Shown here: positions 11,528 to 23,885 of the stretch, piece after piece | How positions within the stretch are numbered: the first letter of the stretch is position 1 | Layout: each line of letters starts with the position of its first letter | Source of the DNA: Utricularia gibba | Taxonomy: Eukaryota > Plantae > Magnoliophyta | Assembly: GCA_002189035.1 (NCBI GenBank) | Contig: NEEC01000015.1 | Coordinates: 1,116,001-1,180,000, forward strand | Reading direction: 5' to 3' | DNA: 64,000 nucleotides | The notes under the pieces: generated by a model | Seen by the model: the letters and a program-made list of their open reading frames with translations, nothing else | The model's database searches: none | Told to the model about the DNA's origin: nothing | Translations under genes and position numbers: made by a program

Positions 11528-14121
11528 TCATCCAGCATTTGGGAAGATTCCGGAGAAGTTGGGGATTCGGTCAACATGCTTCAGTGCACGTTCAGCGACT
11601 TGTCGCGTCCGGAAGTCACCATGTTGGTAAGCATTCACAAGGGCGGTGTTGATGTTCTGATCACAGCAAACTTCAGAGGCTACGTCTGCATTTCTCAGCA
11701 GCCGTTCAACTGCCCACACTGTCTTCCTCCGCAGGCTCTCTGACTGTGCCTCCAGCAACAGATCGAGAATGCGTTTGGCTCCTTCTGATGGATCCAGCAA
11801 AACCTGGATTCCCTCATCGATATTGACCCCGTCTTCCAGCAAAGTGCAGAGAGCACCCAAGGAGGCTTCCACTACCCTGTCATTTTGGTGATCCAAAAGG
11901 GCCACAAGTTTGTCTACAGCCTGCCCTTCCAACAAGCAGAATGTTTCGTTGAATGAGCATATTCCACGGTGCACTGGGCACAATCCGGTCACAACAGGCG
12001 GCTTACTTAAACATGGAAAAAATGAGGCACAAAGTCCGGGTGGTGGAATACCAGGCGTTTGTGATAAGTTTTTGGATTCATGAGACAGCTTCTCCAAGGC
12101 AGTGGCTGATACCATCTGTACATTATCAAGTCCATTCGCCTGTAGAAGGTCTACGAAGATGAAGCCCAGATTGTGATCACGGCAGAGTGCACGAACATCA
12201 GGCTCAGAAACGGCAAAGGAAACTCTAGAAAGAACCTTCACCAGTCCTTCTAGATAAGGGGTGATGAAGCGGCCCACTTCCCCATGTCGTATCCGAGTTA
12301 TCCTTGAGATAAACATCTGGAACACACCTTCATCCAGCATTCTTTTAGTTAGAGCAGTATCTGTTGCAGGTAGATCAGATAGGAATCCTACTGCTGCTGC
12401 TTGTTCCTCACTTATAGCCCCATTTTCAGTAATAACTTTGATCAGGCTTCCGAGCTGACCGGAAGTGGACCACAAGCATGAAGCTAGTTCTGATCCCATG
12501 TGGGGCGACAGATTCTGAAGAAGCTTTATGGAAGCCAGCCTAAGCTCTTTCTGAGGCACCTCTATGAACTGCACCAAACTATTAGTCGCCCCAGAGCTTT
12601 CAATGGCTGAAACGACACTGGAAATGTATGATGAACATGATGTGAGACCAACAAGAACCTGAAGAAGCTTGCACTCTATTGCAGGCCCTGTGTTATTGAT
12701 AAGATGCAGAAGCTTATGAATAATGCCCTCTGAGACGAGAGTTTGTTGATTAGATCCAACAGGGATTCTGCCGAACTCACAGCCTGAATTCACAATATTT
12801 GCAAGAATTGTTGCTGACACTTCTTTCAGCCGTGCAGGGAGGTTTTTTGGTTCCACAGTGAATAGGTCCCGAACAAGGGGAGGGAGGATACCTTCCTCTA
12901 CTAGTATCCTAGCACTAGCCTCATCTGATGAGATTTGATTCAGAGCCTTAAGTGCAGCTTCTCGAGACTCTACATTAGTACTCTTCATGAGATTGATCAA
13001 TGAGGAACCAGCCGTCCTCGCTGCAAACACTTTAACATCACTGTTAAGAACAAGTTCGCCAAGAACAGCCGCCATTGATAATGCCGTTCCGGGGGACCTG
13101 CAGATGATACAGTAATGCATGAGCATGGTACTAAGATACTACATATCTTTTAGAGATTTGGTTCAGAAGGAGGTGAGTGCACCTTCTAGGAGCAATGTCA
13201 AAAGAGGCTGCAATCGCCCACAATCCGCCATTTGCTTCACATTGAACTCACATTGAGCTAAGTTGTCCAAGGTTCGATCTGCCGCATTTACCACAGAAGC
13301 TACATCATCTGAGGTGCTGCTAGCTATTCCAACGAGAAGGAAAATCGCCCCATTAACTGCACCAATCCTTTCACAAAGCAGATCCATTTTTGAAAGCTCA
13401 TATAGCAAAGAAACAGCCTTTTCTTTCTCATTTTGCTCGCGGGACAAGGATTTTACAATCGTGCGCACTGTGTCTCCTTCAGCCACGATTACCTACAATT
13501 TTGATAACTGTGAATGATAAAGCAAACAGAAAAAACTCACAACACAAGGGTAGCACACGTAAATTTTTCAACCTTATTACCAGTGTCGCCCTCCACCAAA
13601 ATACGAAGTGTTTCCAATGTGTGGCACCGAACTCTACGACTGCTGCTCCTCAGCAAGTCAATAATCATAGGAATCAACTCATAATCTCGTATCACTTGCT
13701 TATTCAAATGGTTCTTCACGCACTGGTTCTGGACAAACCTTAGAGCTCGTATGTTTTCATTCTCCGAACTGCTTGAAGATAACCATCTACGAGCATTATC
13801 AAGCTCAGCAGCTTCATTCCTAGCATTCCATTCTTCAATTGCTTTCCTCAAACCAATGCTTGGATTCAGTTCAGTACTTCTTAGCTCCATGAGTGTCACA
13901 GGGCATGTCAGCCTTCTTCCATTCTCTCTGCATTCTTCGAACCATTGTTCGATTGCCTGTCTCTCAAATGTTTGTCCAGATTCTAAGGTCACAGGATCCC
14001 GCATCAATTCCTTCGTTAATGGACATATAAAGGCATCAAAAACCTGTTCTCTGTAAAGCCTCTCGTAGTGACTGCCATCATCAGACTGCTCAAGTCTTCC
14101 CTCCTCTATTGTTCCAGCCAT
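11528..14121 (-). CDS. PUB44: U-box/ARM-repeat E3 ubiquitin ligase, PUB43/PUB44 (SAUL1)-like
   Basis: U-box FICPLTKELMRDPVTLESGQTFERQAIEQW, followed by ARM repeats across ORFs 13537-14124, 13163-13486 and 11528-13126. C-terminus GDFRTRQVAERALKHVDRIPNFSGIF. Confidence 0.9.
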
Positions 14122-15347
14122 CAATTCAACAATCTAGCAGCCAAAAACACGATCTTGAACTATTCACTTCTCAACACGGATCTAAGCACATCACCCATCA
14201 ACAACACCCTTCTCTCAAGCATACAAAATTTCAACAACTATCAACCACAAGATCTCGTTTTTTTAGCATTTAAGATAGCGTAACCACAGAAATACAAAAC
14301 TCAACATACTCAACTACTTCTCCGCCGAGATCACCAAAACAGGGAATCACAGAAGAGAGAGCCTTTCCCTCGAATAAATCTCGAAACCTGGCAGATGAAA
14401 GCCTCCGAGTACTAATTACTAGAAGCCCACATCAGGATCATATCAAGAATCAATGAAAAAACACAGGCCTCCCTTATACCAGTAGACTCCCATCATAAGT
14501 CTTCTTCGGTGGAATAGAGACAAGGATAAGATGGGGTAAATGCTTGATAAAAAAAACATCCATTCGAGCTGTTATTGCCAAGTTAAAAAAGGACCCAATG
14601 AGAAAGGGGAAAACAAGAGAGACAAGCTGTAAGCCAGAAGAGCACTGGCCTGTGTTTTTACTTCCTCCTCGTCAACAAGACTAGAACAAGAGAAAGCAAA
14701 ACCACGTAGGTGAATAACAACAGTGAAAAGCCGAAGAGTTTGACTCGTAAAATTCCAAATTCCAAGAGGCGATGCGTTGCAAGAAAGCTGCTATTTGGAC
14801 AACACTCTCTGTGGGTCCTTCGACCTGCTTCAACGAAAAAGCCTTCACACGTATTTAATTAATCACGTGGAAATTTCATCGTTCGACCTAAATTTCCAGA
14901 ATATTGGAGAAAATATTAAAAAATTTAGGAATAATTTTATAAAAACATTATTGATTTAAAAAATGTTGGAATATATTCCAATTCGAACACAATAAAAATA
15001 AATCAGCAATTAATCAGCTTAGGTTAATTATTAATTAATGAAGATAATGTTCGCTTAAGTTAGGGTAATTAATTTATTAATGATAAGGAGGATCCTATTG
15101 ATGCGCAAAGCAGGACGCTGCCACGGATTGCTGAGGTGGCAAAAGATATATTTTTTTTTCAGTTTTCCCGCGCAAAAAACTCTTTTCAATTGGAAAGTTA
15201 CTTTCTATCGGCTTTTACGGTAGTTCTCGTCGGAGGAACTGCAGGATCGGATCGATTATACGTGAGCGCTCAAGGTATTCTCGCGGTTGGAGGCATTTTT
15301 TCGAGAAATCGACGTTGCTCATTGTGCGTATTTTGTTCGTTTGTCAG

Positions 15348-16713
15348 ATGAAAAGAGGAAAGACGAATGCAGATACGCAGAAACGCGACAGCAGGTGACT
15401 TTGCTTAAACGTATTTGCTTGCGATTTGATTTGTTCTTTGTTGTTGTTTTACGATATCGCGCCGGTGGCTTTGAAAAATTATAAGTTGTCTTCGCATTTG
15501 TATTGTTTCCAGTTTTTTCTTTTTTGTGTAATTTGTTTGGGTGCGATCTTTATTACTCTTTTTTTATGGTTACAATTTTGCCTCAGTTGCTTCGGAAATA
15601 TTTGAATCGCCTCAGAATGTGTAGCGTTTCAGGTCCTTTTTGTTTGATTGATGATCTGCGTTGAAAAAACGCGACAGCAGGTGGTTTTGTGTAACTATTT
15701 TGGCAGAGATTTCCGTTCTTATTGGTTTATGCTTATGATTACGCCCGCGTTGCTTCCGTCTACATGCTTAAATCGTGATCGGCTTCCGATTCTTTTCTTA
15801 GATTACGAACTCGAGTTCCCTGTACCGCCTTTTTTGCTGTGCATTTTTTAGATTACTGATGGAATCCATTGCTATAGACTCTGAGAACCGAGTTCAGGAA
15901 TTTCGACGTTGAATACTTCACTTGTTTACAACAGGTTCACGGTCAAAAAATCGAAGACTGAAACAAAAGGAGGAAAGGATCCAAACAAGCCAAAAAGGCC
16001 TTCTAGTGCCTTCTTTGTTTTCATGTACGCAGCTTTGCTTCATTCCCTCACCGCTGCTCCAAGTGTGCTTACATGAGATTTCTAATGAATGCAGGGAAGA
16101 TTTCAGGAAGCAGTTCAAAGAAAATCACCCAGATAACAAATCTGTTGCTGCTGTGGGCTACATTCTATACCCAAAACTCACTCCTTTGTAGATACATGCA
16201 CGCATCGCTGCATGCCTTTAATCACCATTTTATACTAATTACAGGTTGGTAAAGCTGGTGGGGACAAGTGGAAATCAATGTCTGAACAGGTAATGATAGC
16301 AATCTATATTTTTTTTTGTACCTGTTAACTGTCATGTAATAGGTGAGATTTCCCATCAAAATTAATTTCAGGAGAAAGCTCCTTTTGTTTCCAAGGCTGT
16401 GAAACGGAAGGAAGATTATGATACTAAGATGGAAGCTTACAATAAAAAACTGGTAATAGCAACATTCCATCCACCACATTAATTATTGTACATCGTTCAT
16501 AAGAAATTTCATTCTCATGGGGTCATTTCGAAGTTTTGACATAAGACTTTTCTTTTTCTCTAGAATGGTGAATCTGATAGGTCAAAGTCCGAGGAACACA
16601 ATGAGGGAGCCAGTGGAGAGGTACAGGTGTTTTTTAGTTGTTCGCACATGCCTTTCATAGCTGCCTTGAATTGAAATTGCCTGTAACTTCTAATGCAGGA
16701 GGGACATGATTAA
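15348..16713 (+). CDS. HMGB: High mobility group B protein (HMGB1/2/3-like)
   Basis: Exons give MKRGKTNADTQKRDSR|FTVKK...KDPNKPKRPSSAFFVFM|EDFRKQFKENHPDNKSVAA|VGKAGGDKWKSMSEQ|EKAPFVSKAVKRKEDYDTKMEAYNKKL|NGESDRSKSEE...|EGHD*: one HMG box with a basic N-terminus. Confidence 0.93.
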
Positions 16714-17120
16714 CAGCTGCAGTGAACTCATTTTTTAATCCCAGAGAAGTACCTCCGCGTTTGCTCCCAAGTCCCAAATATGATGCCCTTCGTACTTATT
16801 AGACCATTTTGGTAAGCTAAAATCAGTTGCTAGTTCGAAATTCTCCAAGTTCAGTTTCTGCCACTGCATTAACTTCTCAAATGGGTGGTGCTTCTGCAAA
16901 TTCTGAAATGCTTTTTAGTTAATGAAGTGGATCAAATGTCATACAGTTGTGGCTACTGGATCCACTTCTAAACTTTTCCCCTTGTAAAAGAAATCAATTG
17001 TCAATATATATGATTTTCAATCCTGTGCACACACAAAAATGACACAGGTTGCAAAGTATGCCGTATACATCTCATGCATATAGATCAACAAGATGATGGA
17101 GGATTTGCTCACTTGGTTGG

Positions 17121-20100
17121 CTACTTGTGATGACTATTGAGTTGTGGGTAAAGTCCCAGAACGTGCTCCGGCATGAAATCATGCCTCGTGAGTATCCCGA
17201 CAATAGGAGGCCTCTGCAAGATTGATGTACACTCAGTAACCAGATGCAACCGAAGAATAGAAAGAGCAACTAGCACTTACCCCTGGTGTTTTGGGGACGA
17301 CACATAGGTGTCTGAGGCCGAGTTCTCTGAAGAGAAGAGCAGCTTTTGCTAAGGACATGGTCTCAACCACCGTGTAAGGAGATGTATTGGTAATTGGATG
17401 CAGATCAACATACATTTCCATTTCCTCCTTGCTGATATCCAGATCCTCCACCTTGAGCCCCTTTCCAGAGCCAGCCTTTGCAAAGTCAAATGCATGAAAG
17501 TCTCTCAGAAGCTGAGACCCTGACAGAACCCTTTGCTCTGTGAAGCTCTTTGCCTTGAGCAACACAATCAGATGTGACCTCAACACAATCCCGCAAAGCT
17601 CCGATGCATCCGTGAGCGGTGGCTCGTCAATCACAGGGAAGCCGTGGTGCCGAGTCATCTGCAGAGCATGGACTATGTTTTCCACTCTCTCGACACCACT
17701 GAATGTGATCAGTGGACCAGTGCATACATCCCCTGCTGCTAGCTGCCTCATGTACGGTTCAGCATGCGCTTCCAGGTAAGGAAGACCCTTCATTCTCACT
17801 ATTTGATCATACACTCCCTTGTTGAATGTGTCTGCTACAGTTTTTGATACAAGGAGAACCAGCATCAGCAATGGAAGCATCAACAAGTCATTGGTAAGTT
17901 CCAGCAGGATCACACACAGAGAAACAGTCATTCTCATTGTTCCTCCTAGAAAAGAAGCAGCACCAAGAAGGGCAAACAATCCGACATCGAGGCTAGATAT
18001 AGAACCCAGTAGTCGTCCAACCAGACGTCCATAAGAGGCTCCAGCAAGAATCACGGGAATGAAGAGACCAGATGGGACAGCAATACCATAAGTGATGATA
18101 CCAAGGCAGTAGATTGCAACAAAGAAGATGAACAACATATGCAGGTGAAACTCATCCATGTCGTTCGAACGGAATAAATGACGGATGGCATCATCGTTGG
18201 TGTTAAAGAACAATGATGCAAGATCATTGTAATGGCCCGGAGGACACTGGAATTTCTTGTAGTTGCCAGAGCGGCCTATTGTGGGGCATTGCTGTCCCAA
18301 GTCAGCAGGGCATGGAGTGCACTGTGCAAGCCATGGAAGACCATATGCACAACAAGATGTTAAAAGGGAAATGCAGATGACTAGAAGGATCTTCGGACCT
18401 CGCCCTCTCCTGTAGAAGTAACCATACTCGGAAATCAAGAAACAAGGTATGATGTATAATTTCAGAGCAAAATCAGAAGTAAGAGCTGACTTACTCATTG
18501 ATGATGGCATAGGTTCTCAATACCTTGTCGACCAAGAAGTTGTAGAGGCTGCCCAGAAGGCCACCAAGGACACCAAGCACCACAACAGCAAACAAATCAT
18601 TATAACCGTAAGATGGGATTTCGGAATTTACGTCGAACATGATCAGGCCTCCCTCCCCAAAAAGTCCACAATGACCACCACGGCAAAATTGTATGAAGAT
18701 CCTTAAAACCACAGCTACAACAGCTGTCGTGAAAAAGGTCCTCCAAAGAAGAGCACTTCTCCACCTGGATGACAGAACAAGTTCATCAATCACTTGCAGA
18801 AAGCCGCAGAAATTAGTATCAAAGCTTTTTCTTATAGTTGACAGAGCAGGAAAATGAAATGGGAATAAATACCATGAGGCTGCTTCTTCGAGTGCAAAAA
18901 GAACACCACCAACAGGGGCACGGAAGGCAGCAGCCACTCCAGCAGCAGAACCACAGGTAATCAAATCACGCCGGTCTCGGTCATTTTTAAAGTATCTGAG
19001 CCATTTCCATGTCAAATGGTACTTCCGGGAACCTCCCTGTCCAAGAAGATTTGCTATGCATGCACCAGTGTGAACCATCGGTCCTTCCTTTCCAACCACA
19101 AATCCAGCTGCAACTCCAAAAATGGATCCAAATATCTGTGCAAGTGTCAGTATCCATCGAGAAACTTCTGTAATTCTCCTTTCAAGCATGTTAAAATCTA
19201 CTCTTCATGGATCTAGGGAGTATATTTCCAAATTAATACTATAATCTTGAAGACAAATTATTTATCAAATAATACTCAAGTTATAATAGCTTTCTGGTCA
19301 AGGACTTTACAGCCATTATCTCCTTACACTGAAATTTTCTAGTTCCAATAATAAAAAAAATACAAGAAAAAGCACTACACTTACTAGAGAAAGGAAAGCA
19401 AGGAAGTAAGTTTTATCACACCTTGACGAAGAGAGTGCTAGGAGCCAAAATAGAATGAGCATCCACACCATTGAGATAAGCTTTCACCTCAGGAATTCCA
19501 GAACCGGCTGCGGCTGGTGCAAAGAATGCACACAAAATTCCAGCGCAAGTTGCAAGGAACGCATTCATTCCAGCAAATGCTAAAAATGACTGAATGTACC
19601 TGTTCTCGAATGAATTTCAATTAATCCTCATTCATCAAAGAGATAATTTCTGAATAGTAAAGAGCATCAATAAGAGTCGAAACATCAACTATCAAAGTCA
19701 TAATTTCTGAATGGTAAAGAGCATCAATAAGCTTCATTTTGTGAAGTTGAGATCAATCAAATGAGACATTACAATCTTATCACTGTTTTTTTTTTAAAAA
19801 AGGATTGTGAAATTTTTGGAAGTATCCATGACATACAATACAAAAAGGATTAACATCTCACATATCTGGCAGTATTCAATAGCATCAAGCGCAAGTCAAC
19901 ATTTAGATTCCAATCCAGCACAGTAGGAAGAAGTGGGCTCACTTATCCTTGAGCATCAAGTTGCTGGTGTGCAAAAGCTTAAAACCAGCAATATTTTCGA
20001 CAGCAAGGTTGTTGAAGAAGCCAACAAGACCAGTGAGTAACCCAATGAGAAGAGCAAGTGTCCACTTTAGGAAAATGTACTGAAAGATTTGGACTTTCTT

Positions 20101-20661
20101 CCTTGATCTCCAGTCTTGCTTGAAAAGTTCATTTTCAATAATCCTGAGGACCAGGAGCGTTAGAGTGAAACTTGCGTATACTGAATTCAACAGATCAAAA
20201 ATATAACAGCAGGCCTTCCATAAAACAGTAGCACACCAACTGGAAATATAATATTTGCATAGCATCCTTATCTTTGGATGTAACACACCACAGGATTTTA
20301 TTGAATTCAATGGCCTATGACTGATTCTAGAAGTGCAACACATAATCTACATGGGGACGGCACGCAATCATAATATTATCAACTGCCATCTAAGGACATA
20401 AATATTCTCCCTGCAAAGTCATCATCAAACAAGGAGTGGAAAAAATACGTACTCATAATCAAGGCTCTCAATGGGGTAAATCTTGGAGCCGACAATGGCA
20501 ATCTGAGAAGTTACATTAATTCTACTCTTGACAAGCAGCGGCTCCCTCATGCTACCCTCTGAAGACATATTGCTCTCCTTCCTGTCAAAGTGCCCTATAA
20601 TGGCACCTTCATTCTCAATATCCCCATGGCATATGCTCTCACTGTTGTTTCGATGATCCAT
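17121..20661 (-). CDS. CLC-c: CLC-c-type chloride channel / anion-proton exchanger
   Basis: Multi-exon. Contains PIESLDYE, GSGIPEVKAYLNG, GKEGPMVH, GVLFALEEA, PSGLFIP, two CBS domains, and ends RPPIVGILTRHDFMPEH...SHHK*. Confidence 0.93.
19643..19731. repeat. Intronic 32-bp direct repeat (period 57 bp)
   Basis: ATAATTTCTGAAT(A/G)GTAAAGAGCATCAATAAG at 19643-19674 and 19700-19731, inside a CLC intron. Confidence 0.9.
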
Positions 20662-23600
20662 GGGAAATATCCTACGGAAACAAGACAATCAATTCTAGGT
20701 TTCATCAGTTTGATAAGCGTGAAACTACCCAAATCATTGCAAGCTTTGAAAGATGACTAATCGAAATAGCTTCATCACACTATGGAATTACGAGAAAATG
20801 CCTTTGCTATCTTGAAAAAACTCCAGATGATAACGGTTTCAATCAAATAAACCTTGGTTCAAGGTTGGTTGTATGATAAGCTGAACCATGAAAGGAAGGA
20901 CTGCAGCTGCCTATTCATCTCTACAATTTACGTACAGTAAAAAGAAAACAACGGAATGCAATTGGAGGCTCATCTTCCCAACTCGGACGGACAATGATCA
21001 AAGAAACCGCTTAATCCCCAAACAACTCCTCCTTACTAAATAGGGAAGAAACAAATGCAGCTGCCATTTAATATCCATACATGACGTGTCACAAAAGGCA
21101 AAACTTTTGCGTATACAAAAAAGGCAGAACTTTTGTCTCATTCGGTTTCAAAAGGTGAATCAACATACACATGATGTGCAAAAAAGGGAAGGGATGAAAC
21201 AGTCAAACGAGAAACACCAGAATCGGCAAACGAAAAAACCCAGAAAGAGAAGCACCACCAAAGTTGAAACAAAAAAAAACCAAACAAAGGATCAGCCGCG
21301 ACGGCGCCGGCGACGGCTGCCACCCCGATGAGAACCATACCTTGCATATACTTGTTCCGACGATGAGACGTACACCCTCGGAAGTGAAGAACGTGGGCGT
21401 GTTCTACATCATACAGCGATATAACCGGGCCCCAGGGGTATATTACAAATCCAACAAGAATAATTCTATCTTTTAATTCATTATTAAAATTAATTCAATT
21501 TTAAATTCACAAAACACAAATACTGAATAATTACATAATAAACCCAACACAACAACCCCTAATTCAGTATATATAAACTAATTTAATTCAATGAATTTAA
21601 AATATTGTTTGAGTACCATTATATATCGATTTGAATTAAGCATAATTCATATAAATTGAATCTGATTTTCAAAATATTCTATATTAAAATCAAATATATA
21701 ATTTGGATTAAAAGAGATTTTATTTAAATTAATTATTAAAATCAAAATCTTATTAAAACCAATGATCAAATACATAATTCTTATCCATATTTATCTATTT
21801 TTGAAAAATCTCTCTATTTTCATTTTTGTTTTCAAAATGATTACGTAACTCCAATAATATAATATTCAAAAACAAACACTAAATACAACGATACAAAAAT
21901 ATAAATAAATAAAAAAGTTATTAATATGGTATCTAACGAACGTTCAAACCTTCCAGACAAATGGGTGGACCGGTCCAAACTCCTAATGGATCCATCGAAC
22001 CGGTCTGCCAGCGACTGGACCGGAAGCAGCGGCTATATATGGAACGACAATTTACAGCCATAGTAGCGAAGCAACAGGCCATGCTCCTCCAACACCTGTG
22101 TCTGAAGACCCAAAATCGGCCGGCCGGTTCGACGGCGGGGCCGGTTCGGTCTGATCTTCAGTTATGCATGCATGCATATGGGGACTGATTGGCAATTTGC
22201 AAGAAGGTTCTTTTTACCATTGGATCTACGGACACGTGTACCAACGTGATGGCAGCTGGAGAGCACCACACGTGATGTGATGGTGACTTAATTTTAATAA
22301 AAAAAAAAGAAAGAAAGCCGACTAATAAATTGAAAAGTACATTATTTTAAAACCTTGATATGTACTCATCAAATAGTTTACTATATTTTTATTACTATTT
22401 TTACGTTACTATTTTTAGCGTACGGTCAACCATAGGAATCAGAGAAACCTGTCAGCATTAAATTCACCGCTCGTTCTTCCTTCCTTGCTTCCTTGTCATG
22501 CACCTTCGGACATATCCTATATTTTTTAATATTAGCTATTAATTAATATTCTATTTTATTCAATTTTGTTGCCACGTCAGTATGTATAATGATTGTTTTC
22601 AAATGGAAGATGTGATTCAAATTATATAAAATAAAATTAGTTTTAAAATTATATGAATAAAATGAGTATGAGATTGTAAAAATGTTTTGTACAATAAAAT
22701 AAATTATATTATAAAATTTAATAAAATAAATAAATATTATAAAGTTTAATATATAATAATTTAATATTATGATATAAATATCTTTTTAATAATAGATAAA
22801 AAATGAATAATATAATTTTTCTAATTAATCTTTTATTTTATCTATAAAACAATTATTTAATAAATTTAATAATTTTTGAAGTTAATCATAGAATCTGAAT
22901 TTTGATTTTACTACAAAACGATTAAAGATTATAGTCTTTAAAAATTAAATATATTCAATTAAAAAAATTTAAAAACACAGAAGAAGCACATAGTGTGTGT
23001 GTGCATCGATCTCAAGGATTCAAAAATAAAACGAGAGTCGTGCTACGGCAAATGGAGGAGCCCTATTTGGTCTTTTGCTTCAAGAGGGTATTTTGGTCAT
23101 TAACAAGTATCCATCAATGCTAATGTGCGCATCACGTGACCGTTCCAATTCCACCTAAGTGGCGTGGATGGCAACCGGTTTCTCTCCAACGGCCACAAAG
23201 ATAATGATTGGATAAGTAATAATGGGGCGAGCGGTCTGCGTAGGCCGAGTGTGTCACGACTGCTGCGCTGTAGTCGGGGGCACTTTGGAGAAGAAGATGT
23301 AAATGGAGTGAGATCAACACTTGTCTGAACCAAACATAGTTCTTACAAATGGAGAGGGTGTGTTTACAAACTAGAAATGATGACTAGCTTTTAAAAATCA
23401 TTTCTTTTTTAGTGTGTCGAGTGGTACTAGGATGAAGGATCTCTTCGTGGTCGTGGTTGAATGAGTTCATGGTAGCTACCTTCTTAAATTGGCATTGTGC
23501 ATGTGGCCGTACTTTTTTACTGTGCTTCCTAAGGACTAAGTGGGGGCAGAGATAAATGAATGAAACAAACCTCTTGAATGTGAACGTACAGACTTCAGAG

Positions 23601-23885
23601 AACGAAGCATGTATCTTTTGCTGCAGTACACATCTTATTTTTGGGTCGTTGCTCCGCTGGAATCTTCGGTCCCAGGAGAATGGTGAAACCTCATATGGGT
23701 TTTTCACCACCACATGGTTTGTTGGGCTAAGGTTTCGTCGAGGTTCATACTTCGTTGACGCGTTCATACACACCAACTTTTAAGTTTTAACTGTCTCCCT
23801 CTTTCGCGTCACTATTCATACTTCTCTCTTGCCGCTCGTGAAGACACTGTGAGTTCTGTATAGTGATTAATTGACCAGTTTTTGG

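Noticed and set aside
14966-14981. Perfect 16-bp palindrome TTGGAATATATTCCAA in the PUB44/HMGB divergent promoter
   Set aside because: AT-rich context, and the spacing does not fit a heat-shock element; no functional support.
21086-21476. Several 69-81 aa ORFs upstream of CLC
   Set aside because: They fall in the CLC 5'UTR and leader intron, are low complexity, and show no conserved-peptide uORF signature that I recognise.
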